The notes under the pieces: model-generated
What the model was told of the DNA's origin: nothing
What the model saw: only the letters and a program-made list of their open reading frames with translations
Databases searched by the model: none
Made by a program: the position numbers and the translations under genes
Shown: positions 18,252 to 29,200 of the stretch, piece by piece
Layout of the letters: every line of letters begins with the position of its first letter
How positions within the stretch are numbered: the first letter of the stretch is position 1
Virus record (IMG/VR): IMGVR_UViG_3300013829_000027
Span: 1 to 41,838 of that record
From: a virus
Taxonomy: Duplodnaviria > Caudoviricetes
Direction: 5' to 3' (one strand)
Length of the DNA: 41,838 nucleotides

Positions 18252-18413
18252 ATGAGAAAATTTGAAGTTTTTATTCCTGGTCGTGCCACACCAGTTTTAA
18301 TCATGGCAAAAGAAATAAAGAACTTGAATGACAAGGTTTATTTTTATAACGAAACTGGTTATCTGTGTGGTATTGCTCCGGCAGATGCGATTGTAAGCGA
18401 AATTTTTAATTAA
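18252..18413 (+). CDS. Small hypothetical protein (53 aa, not in ORF track)
   Basis: MRKFEVFIPGRATPVLIMAKEIKNLNDKVYFYNETGYLCGIAPADAIVSEIFN; followed by a terminator. Confidence 0.55.
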   Translation: MRKFEVFIPGRATPVLIMAKEIKNLNDKVYFYNETGYLCGIAPADAIVSEIFN

Positions 18414-18419
18414 AGTATT

Positions 18420-18446
18420 AAAAAGCGAGAGTATTTCTCGCTTTTT
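18420..18446 (+). terminator. Intrinsic (possibly bidirectional) terminator
   Basis: AAAAAGCGAGA-GTATT-TCTCGCTTTTT. Confidence 0.8.
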
Positions 18447-18448
18447 CT

Positions 18449-18483
18449 GTCTTTTTGCGTAGAAATCCATGTTATTATTTTTG
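18449..18483 (+). promoter_or_regulatory. Putative late promoter copy 3 (GTCTTTT-N20-TATTTTTG)
   Basis: 2 nt after the terminator; precedes the spanin-like gene. Confidence 0.75.
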
Positions 18484-18503
18484 GGATAAATAAATTACCG
18501 GAA

Positions 18504-18992
18504 ATGAAGCATGGATTTTTTTTGTTTGTTATTATTGCTCTTATTGGCTTATCTGGGTGCAAGGCTCGAAAAAGCACAGTCCGAAATGAGAAAGTTGAGA
18601 CAATTTCTCAAACTGAGAACCGCCGGACAGATACGGCAAGTGTTGTGCTGGAAACTAAATTTCATAGTGAAGAAACGCAGCAGATACACGAAACAACAGA
18701 GCGCGAAACGGTGCATGTGGACACTCTTGGACGAATACGAACAATCATCAGAGAGAGTGTACGCAAGGAAACCGGGAGCGGACGGACTTATAGAGGACAG
18801 GGATCTGCTATTTCCTTGAGTGGTAAAACTGATTCTACTACTGTTATGAAAAGCAGTAATGTAGCAGTTGATGAAAAAACAGATATTAAAACGGATTCAC
18901 GCCCGGTGCAAGGAGCGGAATGGGCGTGGGTGTCTATAGGAATTGGAATTTTTGGGATAATATTTTTGATAATCCGAGATAGACTCAACTAA
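18504..18992 (+). CDS. Lipoprotein with C-terminal TM helix; unimolecular-spanin-like
   Basis: Lipobox LSG-C19; beta-rich middle; C-terminal WAWVSIGIGIFGIIFLII. Confidence 0.65.
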   Translation: MKHGFFLFVIIALIGLSGCKARKSTVRNEKVETISQTENRRTDTASVVLETKFHSEETQQIHETTERETVHVDTLGRIRTIIRESVRKETGSGRTYRGQGSAISLSGKTDSTTVMKSSNVAVDEKTDIKTDSRPVQGAEWAWVSIGIGIFGIIFLIIRDRLN

Positions 18993-18995
18993 AAT

Positions 18996-20021
18996 ATGAT
19001 ACAGATAGTTACTGTTTTAGATTCGCTTTATTTTACTTCAATGATTCCGGATATCGAGGTGAATTGCTACGATTGGTTGACGTTTACACTTTCGCGAGGC
19101 GGAACTGAGTTGCTGAAAGAACGCTATTGGGCCAACGATAAGAGCCGTGTATGGGTAAGAGATCTAGGCAAAGTAATTGCTTCAGATTTAGGCGAAATTG
19201 CTGGACTAGCGGCAGATTATACGATGAATTTCACGGATGGTAACACCTCTGACACAAAAAATTTCAGGGTATTGTTGGGAGAATACAGAACTGAACTTTC
19301 TACGCAAACATTTGTTGATGTTAATTTTCTGACGCTAAACGATAGCGCTAAAATTACGCACGCCTGGCAAAAAGAGATCTTGTCAATATACACAACGGTG
19401 CCGGTTGATGTTACCATTGAAACGGTTTCATTAGATGGAACCCGGACGGGTCCATCGATTTTACGTTCGATATCTGAAATTAATCAAGTTGTAGAAATGA
19501 ATGTTTCGGCAGCGAATGTTTTAGCAAATCCTGCGGGTTTATCGCGGTACATCATTAAAGCTGGGAGCCGGTTGATGGTTTATTACCTGAATAATGATAC
19601 GCGAAGAGAACAGCCTGAAATACTATTTAGAAATGCTTTTGGCTGCCGTGAGATTTTTGTTGCAGGTGGGTTGCTAGAACGTTCGAGCGATTATGAAAAC
19701 TCGGTAGGCTACATCCGCGATATGCTTTTTCGTTTCCGCACAAAGGAAATAAAGAAGTTTGTTTGTAACACGGGTGTATTGCGTGAAAAACAAAGTCAAT
19801 GGGTAGAAGATCTAATGGTGAGCAATGAGGTTTTTTTGCTCATTGGAAGTGATCTTGTACCTATCACGATAACGGATGCTAAGGTACTTCGTACTAATGC
19901 ACCAGATGAACTGATTTCGTTTGATTTCAATTATCAACTTTCGAAACCTGGTATTTACGGAGCAGGAAAAATTGATATTAAACGGATTTTTGATGATACG
20001 TTTGATTACACTTTCCACTAA
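18996..20021 (+). CDS. Probable tail/baseplate structural protein
   Basis: Beta-rich; LFRNAFGCRE motif; ends RIFDDTFDYTF. Confidence 0.5.
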   Translation: MIQIVTVLDSLYFTSMIPDIEVNCYDWLTFTLSRGGTELLKERYWANDKSRVWVRDLGKVIASDLGEIAGLAADYTMNFTDGNTSDTKNFRVLLGEYRTELSTQTFVDVNFLTLNDSAKITHAWQKEILSIYTTVPVDVTIETVSLDGTRTGPSILRSISEINQVVEMNVSAANVLANPAGLSRYIIKAGSRLMVYYLNNDTRREQPEILFRNAFGCREIFVAGGLLERSSDYENSVGYIRDMLFRFRTKEIKKFVCNTGVLREKQSQWVEDLMVSNEVFLLIGSDLVPITITDAKVLRTNAPDELISFDFNYQLSKPGIYGAGKIDIKRIFDDTFDYTFH

Positions 20022-20067
20022 CGTGGAATTACTAATTATCAGTTACTAATTACTAAATAAGACAATT

Positions 20068-20307
20068 ATGACAAAAGTTAGAGCAAAATTTGAATGTCAC
20101 TACATTCAACCAGCAAATGGATATGTAACAGTACATTTACACGCTGTCTACAGCAACAAAAATGGGGAGAAAAACAAAGAAAATGAAAGTTTTGCTAAAG
20201 CAACTCCAGGAGGTTCTTTGATCATAACTATCGATGATGATACAGAAGCCTCAAATTTATTTGAGCAAGGTTCACAGTATTATCTGGATTTCGTAAAATC
20301 GGAATAA
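20068..20307 (+). CDS. Conserved small phage protein
   Basis: VRAKF...ENESFAKATPGG...YYLDF motif. Confidence 0.65.
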   Translation: MTKVRAKFECHYIQPANGYVTVHLHAVYSNKNGEKNKENESFAKATPGGSLIITIDDDTEASNLFEQGSQYYLDFVKSE

Positions 20308-20318
20308 TCAATACGATT

Positions 20319-20666
20319 ATGGGAATTGCAAGAAGGAACAGACGAAAAATGAAACGTGTGAACAGTCCAGATCCTGGAAAATTGATCACGCTCATTGACG
20401 GTTTTGTGGAAGCAGGTTACCTGATGATCGACACTTTAAGTTATCATATTGCGATGCTGGATAACTTTTGGAGTTTGTATGCCACAAAAGAACGCCAGGT
20501 TAATTTATTGAACAACCTGAAATTTTATTGCGATATTATGAATGCATATCACAATAAACCGGTTGTAAATAATGTGGCTATGATTGTCTCGCTTAAAGAT
20601 GAAGAAGAAAATGTAGAGCCAGTATTTTATTATAAGGATGATTTGATGATCCAGATTGAAAAATAA
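20319..20666 (+). CDS. Hypothetical protein
   Basis: ORF followed by the terminator cassette. Confidence 0.6.
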   Translation: MGIARRNRRKMKRVNSPDPGKLITLIDGFVEAGYLMIDTLSYHIAMLDNFWSLYATKERQVNLLNNLKFYCDIMNAYHNKPVVNNVAMIVSLKDEEENVEPVFYYKDDLMIQIEK

Positions 20667-20692
20667 TGAAAATAATTTGATTAAAGATCATG

Positions 20693-20764
20693 GAAACGGT
20701 TTGTTGTGAAACAATCCGTTTTTTTATTGTCTTTTTCCACTTTCGGGCAACTTTCTATTTTTGA
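20693..20764 (+). repeat. 72-bp terminator + late promoter cassette, copy A (promoter copy 4 at 20729-20763)
   Basis: 71/72 identical to 26147-26218. Confidence 0.9.
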
Positions 20765-20802
20765 GATGAAAATTTAAAGAAATCTGGTGACAAAAAAAGA
20801 TT

Positions 20803-21036
20803 ATGGCTCAAGCGATTCACATTAATACAGCACGAAAGATTTTTGAAGCTAAAGAGGCAATGGATCTTAAATTCTGGAAAGCTGATGGAAGCATTGTCAA
20901 TGCTAATAATGTTATTTGCACTAGTTCTTACTTTCACAACAATACGATCAATATTAAATTTTTAATGTCAAATCAATTCCGTAAGGTTCGGGTAGTATCT
21001 ATATTCGAAGTGAACGGAATGGAAGTATTCATGTAA
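20803..21036 (+). CDS. Conserved small protein preceding the portal
   Basis: 77 aa, 1 nt before the portal start. Confidence 0.7.
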   Translation: MAQAIHINTARKIFEAKEAMDLKFWKADGSIVNANNVICTSSYFHNNTINIKFLMSNQFRKVRVVSIFEVNGMEVFM

Positions 21037-21037
21037 T

Positions 21038-22408
21038 ATGGCAGCAGAAGCTTTTTTTCCGGGGTTTGAGTTTTTTGAAATAAAGAACAGTAATTTTTCG
21101 GCTATCATCACCGAACTAAACGATGGCAGTGAAATGTTCGAAGATTTGGGAAAAAGCCCAATGACTGTTCCCGGTGATGATGAGAAAAAATACCGTGGTT
21201 TTGTTCCTTGGGGCGAAGATAATAAATTGCCTTACGAAATTATCGACAGCGTTCGGCACGATGAAGTACTAAGCCAAAACAAACTGTTTAACACGCTTAC
21301 ATTGTACGGAAGTGGAATCAAGCTTACCAATAATGCAGGTGAAGAGTTAACGGATAAAGAAATAAAAGATTTTTTTGATTATAATCGGCTGCCGAAATAT
21401 TATCTGGAGCAGGCAACGGATATGAAGCATTTCTTTTTTACTGTTGCTGTAATTATTTTATCTTCCGACGGGAACAAGATTGTTCGCCTTAGACATAAAG
21501 AAGCTATTCACACGCGTTTCGAATTAGTAAACCCAAAGTCCGGATTAATTGAAAACCTATTTTATGCCAATTGGAAGGATGATCCTAAAAAAGATGAAAT
21601 AGAAACTATTGAGGTTCTCGACCTTAATAATCCGCTTTGGGACTTGATGGTACGCATGGGGCGTATTTATAATGATAAAGGAGAAAAACAAAATCCTACA
21701 AAAACACGAAAATTTGCTATTGTCAACATGTTCCCAATTCCAGGGACAGCGTATTATCCGTTTGCTTATTGGTATAGTATTTTTCAATCGGGGTGGTTCG
21801 ACATAAAACGACTGATTCCAAAGGGGAAAAAAGCTAAGTTTAAAAATGGAGCATCAGTAAAATATCACGTTGAGATTAATAAAATTTTTTGGGATGATCT
21901 GTGTGATCAAGAAGGAATAACTGATAAGAAAGAGAAAATTGAACGTTGTAATAAGGAAAAAGAAAATATTAAAAAATTTCTTACCGGTATTGAAAACAGC
22001 GGGAAAATGTGGATAAGTGGATTTTACACCAGTCCCGACGGAAAAGAGGTGAAATATGTCCGTATTACTAACGTTGATCAGGGTAAAGAAGGTGGCGATT
22101 GGATTGAGGATAGTGAGGAAGCTAGTAATATGATTTGCTATGCTGACAATATCCATCCCAGCATGGTTGGTGCCGCACCAGGAAAAAGCAAAGGAGGATT
22201 CAGCGGTAGTGTACAACGAGAATTATTCACTATGAAGCAATCTTTGGAAAAGGCGTATCAGGATATTTTATTGGAGCCCCTTTTTGTGATAAAAAAATTT
22301 AATGAATGGGATGATTTTAAATACGATATTCCGGTGATTACATTGACAACTTTAGATAAAGGGAAAGATGCTGAAGAAAATACGTTGAGAGAAAATTCAA
22401 CCGAATAA
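21038..22408 (+). CDS. Portal protein
   Basis: 456 aa; VPWGEDNKLP, YYP, LTGIENSGK, HPSMVG, SGS..RE motifs. Confidence 0.8.
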   Translation: MAAEAFFPGFEFFEIKNSNFSAIITELNDGSEMFEDLGKSPMTVPGDDEKKYRGFVPWGEDNKLPYEIIDSVRHDEVLSQNKLFNTLTLYGSGIKLTNNAGEELTDKEIKDFFDYNRLPKYYLEQATDMKHFFFTVAVIILSSDGNKIVRLRHKEAIHTRFELVNPKSGLIENLFYANWKDDPKKDEIETIEVLDLNNPLWDLMVRMGRIYNDKGEKQNPTKTRKFAIVNMFPIPGTAYYPFAYWYSIFQSGWFDIKRLIPKGKKAKFKNGASVKYHVEINKIFWDDLCDQEGITDKKEKIERCNKEKENIKKFLTGIENSGKMWISGFYTSPDGKEVKYVRITNVDQGKEGGDWIEDSEEASNMICYADNIHPSMVGAAPGKSKGGFSGSVQRELFTMKQSLEKAYQDILLEPLFVIKKFNEWDDFKYDIPVITLTTLDKGKDAEENTLRENSTE

Positions 22409-22435
22409 ATTTTTATAAAAATTAAATATTGAACT

Positions 22436-23059
22436 ATGAACGATATTGTTGATCCAGCTACGAAAACAGCGGATAGTGCTTTGAAAACAGCAGAAGCCCT
22501 ATCGAATTATGGGGCTTTGGTAGTAATTACTGCTTTTGCTATTATACTTTGTACAATTATGATTATTTATTTTTTTGTGTCCCATCGACGGATGACAAGA
22601 AATATGGAAGAACAAAACAAGCAAAACAATCTTATGCTTTCTGTAACACTAAAAAGATTAGAAGATTATTTACAACCGGTATCAGAGAATGCAAGATTAA
22701 GTACGCTTACCGCCATTTATGCTATTGCTGAAAATAATTTTAAACTGAGTGTGGAAACAGTAATTCAAATTATTGAACGAATACAGACAGAGAATAACAT
22801 TTCAAATGAAACAGCTACACGGCGTAAATTACGAATGTTTATTCAAAACATGCATAATGATCGGCGACTTTACTTTTCAAATTTCACCTATAGCGGTCAT
22901 TCTGTAGACTATTATACGGATACAAAATGGATCGAAGTAATGACAGAAACAGCATTTCCGGAAATCTACGATAAAAATAAAAGCCGTGCCCGTACTAATA
23001 TAAAAGCTGCTTACGATACAATATTTATTGAATTTAAACGAAATCTGGTGACAAAATGA
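22436..23059 (+). CDS. Membrane protein, holin candidate
   Basis: One N-terminal TM helix; ATGA-coupled to the amidase. Confidence 0.5.
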   Translation: MNDIVDPATKTADSALKTAEALSNYGALVVITAFAIILCTIMIIYFFVSHRRMTRNMEEQNKQNNLMLSVTLKRLEDYLQPVSENARLSTLTAIYAIAENNFKLSVETVIQIIERIQTENNISNETATRRKLRMFIQNMHNDRRLYFSNFTYSGHSVDYYTDTKWIEVMTETAFPEIYDKNKSRARTNIKAAYDTIFIEFKRNLVTK

Positions 23060-23496
23060 GAGCGATTGAGAAAATAATAATACATTGTAGTGCAACGCCT
23101 GAAGGCAGGCACGTTTCGGTTGCCGATATCACAGCTTGGCACAAAAAACGCGGCTTCAGAACTATCGGTTATCACTTTGTGATTTACCTTGACGGTTCTA
23201 TTCATAAAGGGCGTGATATTTCGGAAATCGGCGCACATGTAGAAGGCAAAAACTCAAATAGCATTGGAATATGTTACATTGGCGGACTTGATAGTAATGG
23301 AAAACCGAAAGACACAAGGACATATGGGCAAAAATCTGCAATTATGAAGTTGGTCTCACAATTGAAAGAACGATTTCCTAATTCGGAAGTTTTGGGACAT
23401 CGTGATTATTCACCTGATAAAAATGGGAATGGTATTATTGAAGAATGGGAATGGTTAAAAGCATGTCCTTGTTTTGATGTAAAAAAAGAGTTTTAG
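23056..23496 (+). CDS. Endolysin, N-acetylmuramoyl-L-alanine amidase (T7 lysozyme-like)
   Basis: IIIHCSAT, IGYHF, GAHV.G.N..SIGICYIGG, GHRD, KACPCFDV. Confidence 0.95.
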   Translation: MRAIEKIIIHCSATPEGRHVSVADITAWHKKRGFRTIGYHFVIYLDGSIHKGRDISEIGAHVEGKNSNSIGICYIGGLDSNGKPKDTRTYGQKSAIMKLVSQLKERFPNSEVLGHRDYSPDKNGNGIIEEWEWLKACPCFDVKKEF

Positions 23497-23498
23497 CT

Positions 23499-24407
23499 AT
23501 GATAGAAAATATTGAACAATTCATTCGATATATTCCCACTGCGCGCGGGACCAACTTTGAAGATATAAAACCATTCCTGGATGAAGCGGAAATTTGGATT
23601 GTTTCTGACGTGTTTGGAAAGGATTTAAACGATGTGCTGAAAGCGTCGGATGACGAAACGTTAAAGAGATTGTATGAATCTATTATTTCGCTGAAAGGTT
23701 ACGTTTCTTCTATTCCGTTTTTAGACGTTGTACAGACCAATAACGGCTTTGCAGTGGTTAATAATAGTAATCATGTACCAGCCAGCAAAGAGCGGGTTGA
23801 ACGATTAATAGCATGGGTGAATGAGCGTTTATACACTCAACTTGACGGTATAATAGTAAAGGTTTACAGTACTCCTGCCCTTTTAGGAGAATGGAGTAAA
23901 TTTCATCGCTTTAATTATTTAACAGAATTATTGTATTGGACAGGAATTGATTTCGTGCAGTATTGCGGTGATTATGAGAAGTTGGAAACGAACGTTACTA
24001 AAGCAACAATAAGTTACAAGGGGGGAGCTGTACTTCAGTCAGAAGCTGCAAGGCGAAGAATTCCGTATCTGGAATTACGTCGGTTACATGGGGTCATAAA
24101 AGGATTTCAGGATGAAGAAATTTCAAATTTTATCAGCCGGAAGTATATGAATGTGTTAATTGACAAAAATAGATCTCGAGATTTAACGAAAAATGAAGAG
24201 CTATTAATTAATCGCCTCAAATTCATTATTGGTTTGTTTCTGCAGAACGAAGATTACAAAGCAAAAGAACAATTAAAAGTTATTGTTAACGAAATGATTG
24301 CCGATTTGCCAAATTATACAGATTATGCCGGGTCGGATGAATATAAGCTAAAAATCGCCGCCAGGTATGAAAATTTATTAGAAGATCCAACTTATTTTTT
24401 TGGATAA
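23499..24407 (+). CDS. Probable head-tail adaptor (resembles DUF6712)
   Basis: IPFLDVVQTNNGFAVVNNSNHVPASKERVERL motif; position downstream of the portal. Confidence 0.55.
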   Translation: MIENIEQFIRYIPTARGTNFEDIKPFLDEAEIWIVSDVFGKDLNDVLKASDDETLKRLYESIISLKGYVSSIPFLDVVQTNNGFAVVNNSNHVPASKERVERLIAWVNERLYTQLDGIIVKVYSTPALLGEWSKFHRFNYLTELLYWTGIDFVQYCGDYEKLETNVTKATISYKGGAVLQSEAARRRIPYLELRRLHGVIKGFQDEEISNFISRKYMNVLIDKNRSRDLTKNEELLINRLKFIIGLFLQNEDYKAKEQLKVIVNEMIADLPNYTDYAGSDEYKLKIAARYENLLEDPTYFFG

Positions 24408-25216
24408 TGTTTGAAACAACAATTGAGCTTACAGCCCCGAAAAGTTGGAAAGAGTTGAACGAAAAACAACTAATTTATATTTCATGGTTGTTTTCACAAA
24501 ACGATTTTACTGAGGAAGAAATTCTTACGTATGCATTTGTAAGGTTTTGTGGTTTAAAAGTTAGTTCGCCACAACCGTTTTCAACTGATAAAAAAAAGAA
24601 TTTTGAAGAAAAAAAGAGATGGTTCAAAAAGAAGAATTTTATTTTATCATTGGATGAGCAGGAAGTTTTGTGGTTTTCGAAGCAGTTCAAGTATCTAACT
24701 TCTGGAATTGATGAAGTAATTCCATTGCGTAAAATGTCCGGAAAAACACATGTTGATTTACGCCTTAGAAATGTTCCATTGAGGCAGTATTTAGCTATAG
24801 AAAACTATTATCAGGCATTTATTTTTAAGAAAAATCCGATATTCTTAGACAGGCTTTGTGCTTGCTTTTATACGAATCGAAAAAAATTTAGTGATTCGAA
24901 CACAGAGAAATTTTCCCGTCGCTTCGCGCGACTTCCGTTTCACGTGCGTTATACCGTTTTCCTGTGGTACATCGGTTTGAAAAAGGTTTTAAAAAACCAT
25001 TTTCCGAATTATTTTATTGAAATGGAAGTGGATCCAGCAGAGACACCTACACCGCCAAATATGCGTAAACAGATAGAAAATATGATGCGCTCATTAAGTA
25101 GCGGGGATGTTACGAAAGTTAATGACATCTATGATGTTGATACCTGGTCGGCATTGGCTGAATTGGACGCTAAGGCGTTAGAGTATAAAATAATGAAAAG
25201 TAAAATTAAGAAATGA
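24407..25216 (+). CDS. Conserved hypothetical (tail assembly-associated)
   Basis: PKSWKEL, LSSGDVTK, WSALAELD; TAATG-coupled. Confidence 0.55.
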   Translation: MFETTIELTAPKSWKELNEKQLIYISWLFSQNDFTEEEILTYAFVRFCGLKVSSPQPFSTDKKKNFEEKKRWFKKKNFILSLDEQEVLWFSKQFKYLTSGIDEVIPLRKMSGKTHVDLRLRNVPLRQYLAIENYYQAFIFKKNPIFLDRLCACFYTNRKKFSDSNTEKFSRRFARLPFHVRYTVFLWYIGLKKVLKNHFPNYFIEMEVDPAETPTPPNMRKQIENMMRSLSSGDVTKVNDIYDVDTWSALAELDAKALEYKIMKSKIKK

Positions 25217-25701
25217 TTTTTGATGCACATACCTATTTTGAGAAGGAAGTTAGGGACAAAATGAAGCTGGCTGTCAATGGAAACTATCAGTATAGTCGAG
25301 TTTCAAGCATGCAACACCTGGAAGAAGTGATTGACGGATTCAGGTATCATAAAGCTTTCTTTGCTGTTGATGATACTGAGGACGGTTTTACTTTTCAAAA
25401 AGGGGGCGGATACATGGACCGGAAAACAATTGTTGTATATGTGCTTAAACAATACCGGTATGGTGATATGCAGTCTCAGAAAGATGCACTTGCAGAATGC
25501 AGGAAAATCTATAAAACAGTATTGAAAAAACTGATTCGAGACAAAAGCCGTTTAGAAAATGACATGGTATATTTGGTTACAGAAAGAATTCCATACAACG
25601 AAATACCTGGCTATTTCGCAAATGGTTGCACCGGGCTGTTTTTTATAATCCCTGTTAATATTCCAACTAATCTTTGTTACGATTCTGAAGAATGGCTGTA
25701 G
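25213..25701 (+). CDS. Possible tail terminator/connector
   Basis: Size and position only. Confidence 0.4.
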   Translation: MIFDAHTYFEKEVRDKMKLAVNGNYQYSRVSSMQHLEEVIDGFRYHKAFFAVDDTEDGFTFQKGGGYMDRKTIVVYVLKQYRYGDMQSQKDALAECRKIYKTVLKKLIRDKSRLENDMVYLVTERIPYNEIPGYFANGCTGLFFIIPVNIPTNLCYDSEEWL

Positions 25702-26129
25702 ATTCAGTAAATATTGAGCGGGAACAGTATTTAGATCAGTGGGCTGAATTTATGATTAAATTCTGGATTGAACAGATGGATGCTGAATACGTTGGAGTTT
25801 CTGAGCGACCGGATGGGATTGTTCGATATTCATCTGGCGCATTGCGAAGGAGTTTTAGCATGTTCTTAATGAAGCAATCAGGTGGAAATACAGCTAAAAT
25901 TGATCATATGTTTAATCATTATGGAATGTATTTGGATGGTGCTGTTTTTCCAGGTACAAAAGGAAGTGGTGGACAAAACAGGATTTCAAATCCCAACCGT
26001 GTGCCAAAACCCTGGCGTTCGTTGAAATACTGGTATAGCCAACGGCGGTTGCAGGAGAAAATGATTGAATTGACAGGAATTGATTACCTAAGAAGTATAT
26101 CCTACATAATGAGAAATCCCAACGAGTAA
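25692..26129 (+). CDS. Possible neck/tail completion protein
   Basis: SGALRRS, YGMYLD, R.PKPW motifs resemble tail-completion proteins. Confidence 0.45.
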   Translation: MAVDSVNIEREQYLDQWAEFMIKFWIEQMDAEYVGVSERPDGIVRYSSGALRRSFSMFLMKQSGGNTAKIDHMFNHYGMYLDGAVFPGTKGSGGQNRISNPNRVPKPWRSLKYWYSQRRLQEKMIELTGIDYLRSISYIMRNPNE

Positions 26130-26146
26130 TTTTTAAATGAATTATT

Positions 26147-26218
26147 GAAACGGTTTGTTGTGAAACAAACCGTTTTTTTATTGTCTTTTTCCACTTTCGG
26201 GCAACTTTCTATTTTTGA
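26147..26218 (+). repeat. 72-bp terminator + late promoter cassette, copy B (promoter copy 5 at 26183-26217)
   Basis: 71/72 identical to 20693-20764. Confidence 0.9.
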
Positions 26219-26232
26219 TAAAAAAAGAATAA

Positions 26233-29200
26233 ATGGCTACTTTTGAAGAGTTAATACAGCAACTTATTGACCATAGTAATTTAATAGGAACCGAAACGAA
26301 AATTGGACAAAATACCAATATTCGTGTTGGTAATCTGGGACATAAAGTTGTTGAATTGCTTTCGCATATCGGTAACGTTAATGAAAAGTTTTTGAGCCGA
26401 TTAACTCAAGACACGGCGCAAGAATTAATCACTTTTGCAATGGGGTTGACTGCTGAAGATTTGTCTGTTTTTGAAAAAGGCATCAAATCTTCTTTTGTTC
26501 TCATTGAAGATGAATCCACGCAGAGCATAGCACAAGGCGTAACTGAATCCGGTGATGAACCGGAAGAATCAGGAACTGTCGCTCAAATGCTAACAGAAAG
26601 ATTTGCCAGCACGGGAGGAGCTACAACTTTTGGTGAATTACTCAATGTCGATGATAGCTTTGACACTGTTAATGATGGCGTTTATTCACTTAAAAAACAG
26701 AACGGTAATTTTTATCCCATAGTAGGCGGTGGAGGTGGCTCAACATCAAGAATGACGTTAATACACAAGACTGGAGCCGTTGCTACTGTTGCCTACGGTC
26801 GTGATTATTTTATTGAATTCACATTCACTTCTACAGTTTCTGGGTCAGATACTGGACCTGGTGTAGTTGAGTATAAGGTGAATAACAAACTTGTTGGTGG
26901 CGGAGTTCTGCAGCAAGGTGATACTACATTCAATGTAGGTCCTTATCTACTACCAGGGGATAATACACTTACAGTTAAGGTTACAGATTCTTACGGCACA
27001 TCACGAACAATTACATTTGGGATATCCACGGTAATAGTACAATTGACAAGTACTTTTGATGCTACTCAGATATACCAGGGAGTTGTGTTATTCAAGTTCA
27101 CACCTACAGGGTTTGGAACGATGAATATACATATACTTGTTGATGACCTTGAAGTTGGACTTGTCACAACAACTCAGTCCAACAGGCAGCTCACTTATAA
27201 CATCCCGGCGTTAACGCACGGAGCGCACCTTATAAGAGCTTTCATGACCTTAGATATAGATGGGGCATCAATTACCTCAAATGAGTTATTATATAGCATA
27301 ATCTGTGTTCAGGCAGGAAATAACACACCTATAATATCATCAACGTTTAATCAATCAGAAGCCACACAATTTGACCTTGTGAATATCCCCTATATGGTTT
27401 ATGATCCAACATCGTTGACAGCCGAAATAGAATATCACGTAAACGGGGAAAAGATATCAGACCTTGTTGTAGACAGAAAGCTACAGCGATGGTCTTATAA
27501 TTTTACACAACCAGGACCACATATTTTAATGATAAGGTGTGGAACAGTGACAAAATTATTTAATATAGATGTAAGTGAGTCAGATATTTCGAGTATAGAA
27601 GAAACAGAGGGTCTACAACTTAAATTATTGTCCTATGGAAGAAGTAATGCCGAGAGTGACAGGGATAGATGGCAGTACGGAGATATTTCATCTGTGTTCT
27701 CAAACTTTAATTTTGTATCGGACGGATGGACTATTGATGAAAACGGAGGCACATTTCTTAAAGTCGTAGGAGACGCACAGTTGACCATACCTTTTAAAAT
27801 CTTTGGTACCGATTTTAAACAGAACGGGAAAACAATCGAGTTCGCTTTCTTTACAGAAAATGTCACAGATCTGGATTATGTTGTCCTCTCCTGCATGAGC
27901 GGTAATAGGGGTTTTGAAATCACCCCACAAAATGCAATTTTCAAATCTGAACAATCAACTATTACAACTCAATTCAAGGAAAATGAGTTTGTAAGAATTT
28001 CCATATCTATTCAACAGACGGCAAAACAGCGGTTGATATCGTTGTTCATTAATGGAATTTTATCCGGAGTAACACAATATCCAGCATCAGACTCATTTTT
28101 GCAATTAAACCCGGTCAATATTACTGTTTCAGGCAAGAAAGCAACCATCGGGTTATATGCCGTAAGGGTATATTCAACCGATCTGGAAAGCTGGCAGGTA
28201 TTGAATAATCATATATTCGACTTTCCTGACTTTTCCGGGAAAGCGTTTCTGTTTGGCAGGAACAGGATACTTGGTGCCGACAGTCATATATCTTATAATG
28301 CCCTGGTAGAGCAACTGCCTTGCATGGTAGTAACGGGCGACCTGCCTACGTATAAGGGAGACAAGAAAACATGTGCTGTTTCATTCGAGGACAGGAAGAA
28401 TCCTGAACGTTCATTCAGGGCTACAAACGTACAGAACGATGTTCAGGGAACATCCTCACAGTATTATCCTCGAAAGAACTTCAAGATGAAATTCCGTGAC
28501 GGGTTTGAAATGACGTTGAGCGGAACACACGAAGACGGCTTTAAAACACATCCACACACACTGCCGGCAACAGTATTCACACACAAGGCTGATTTTGCGG
28601 AAGCATCAGGAACACACAACACCGGAGTAGCGAAAGTAGTTGAAAACCTGTTAAAGGCATTAAATATCAAGACACCTCCCCAGTTGATTGATGACAGGGT
28701 ACGGACAACCGTAGACGGGTTTGCCATGGCGATATTCCATAGACCGGATGAAAATTCTCCTGCCACATTCATTGGAAAATACAACTTCAATACGGACAAG
28801 GCAGCTGAAAACACCTTCGGGTTTACTTCACCTGCCGAATGTTGGGAGGTGCTGAATAACACCTCGGACAGAGTCCTTTTTAAATCATCGGAATATGCAT
28901 CAGGCGAATGGCTAAACGATTTTGAGGGGAGGTTCCCGGACGGGAACGAAGATTACACCAATCTTAAAAGGATGACCGACTGGGTGGTTTCCTGCATTGG
29001 TAATCCCGCTAAATTCAGGACAGAACTGCCAGGCTATTTCCATCAGGATTTTCTCATATCCTACTTCGTGATAACGGAACTTCTGGCAATGGTTGACCAA
29101 AGAGCAAAAAACTGTTTCTGGACGACTTTCGATACGCAAATCTGGCTTCCTATTTTCTATGACAACGACACATGTTTGGGTATAAACAACGAGGGGGTGA

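Noticed and set aside
20025-20060. TTACTAA short repeats
   Set aside because: Only three 7-mers in AT-rich DNA; not a CRISPR array, and no function can be supported
24585-24640. Slippery A-runs as a tail-chaperone frameshift
   Set aside because: The ORF reads through intact and is not adjacent to the tape measure gene; A-runs are explained by Lys codons
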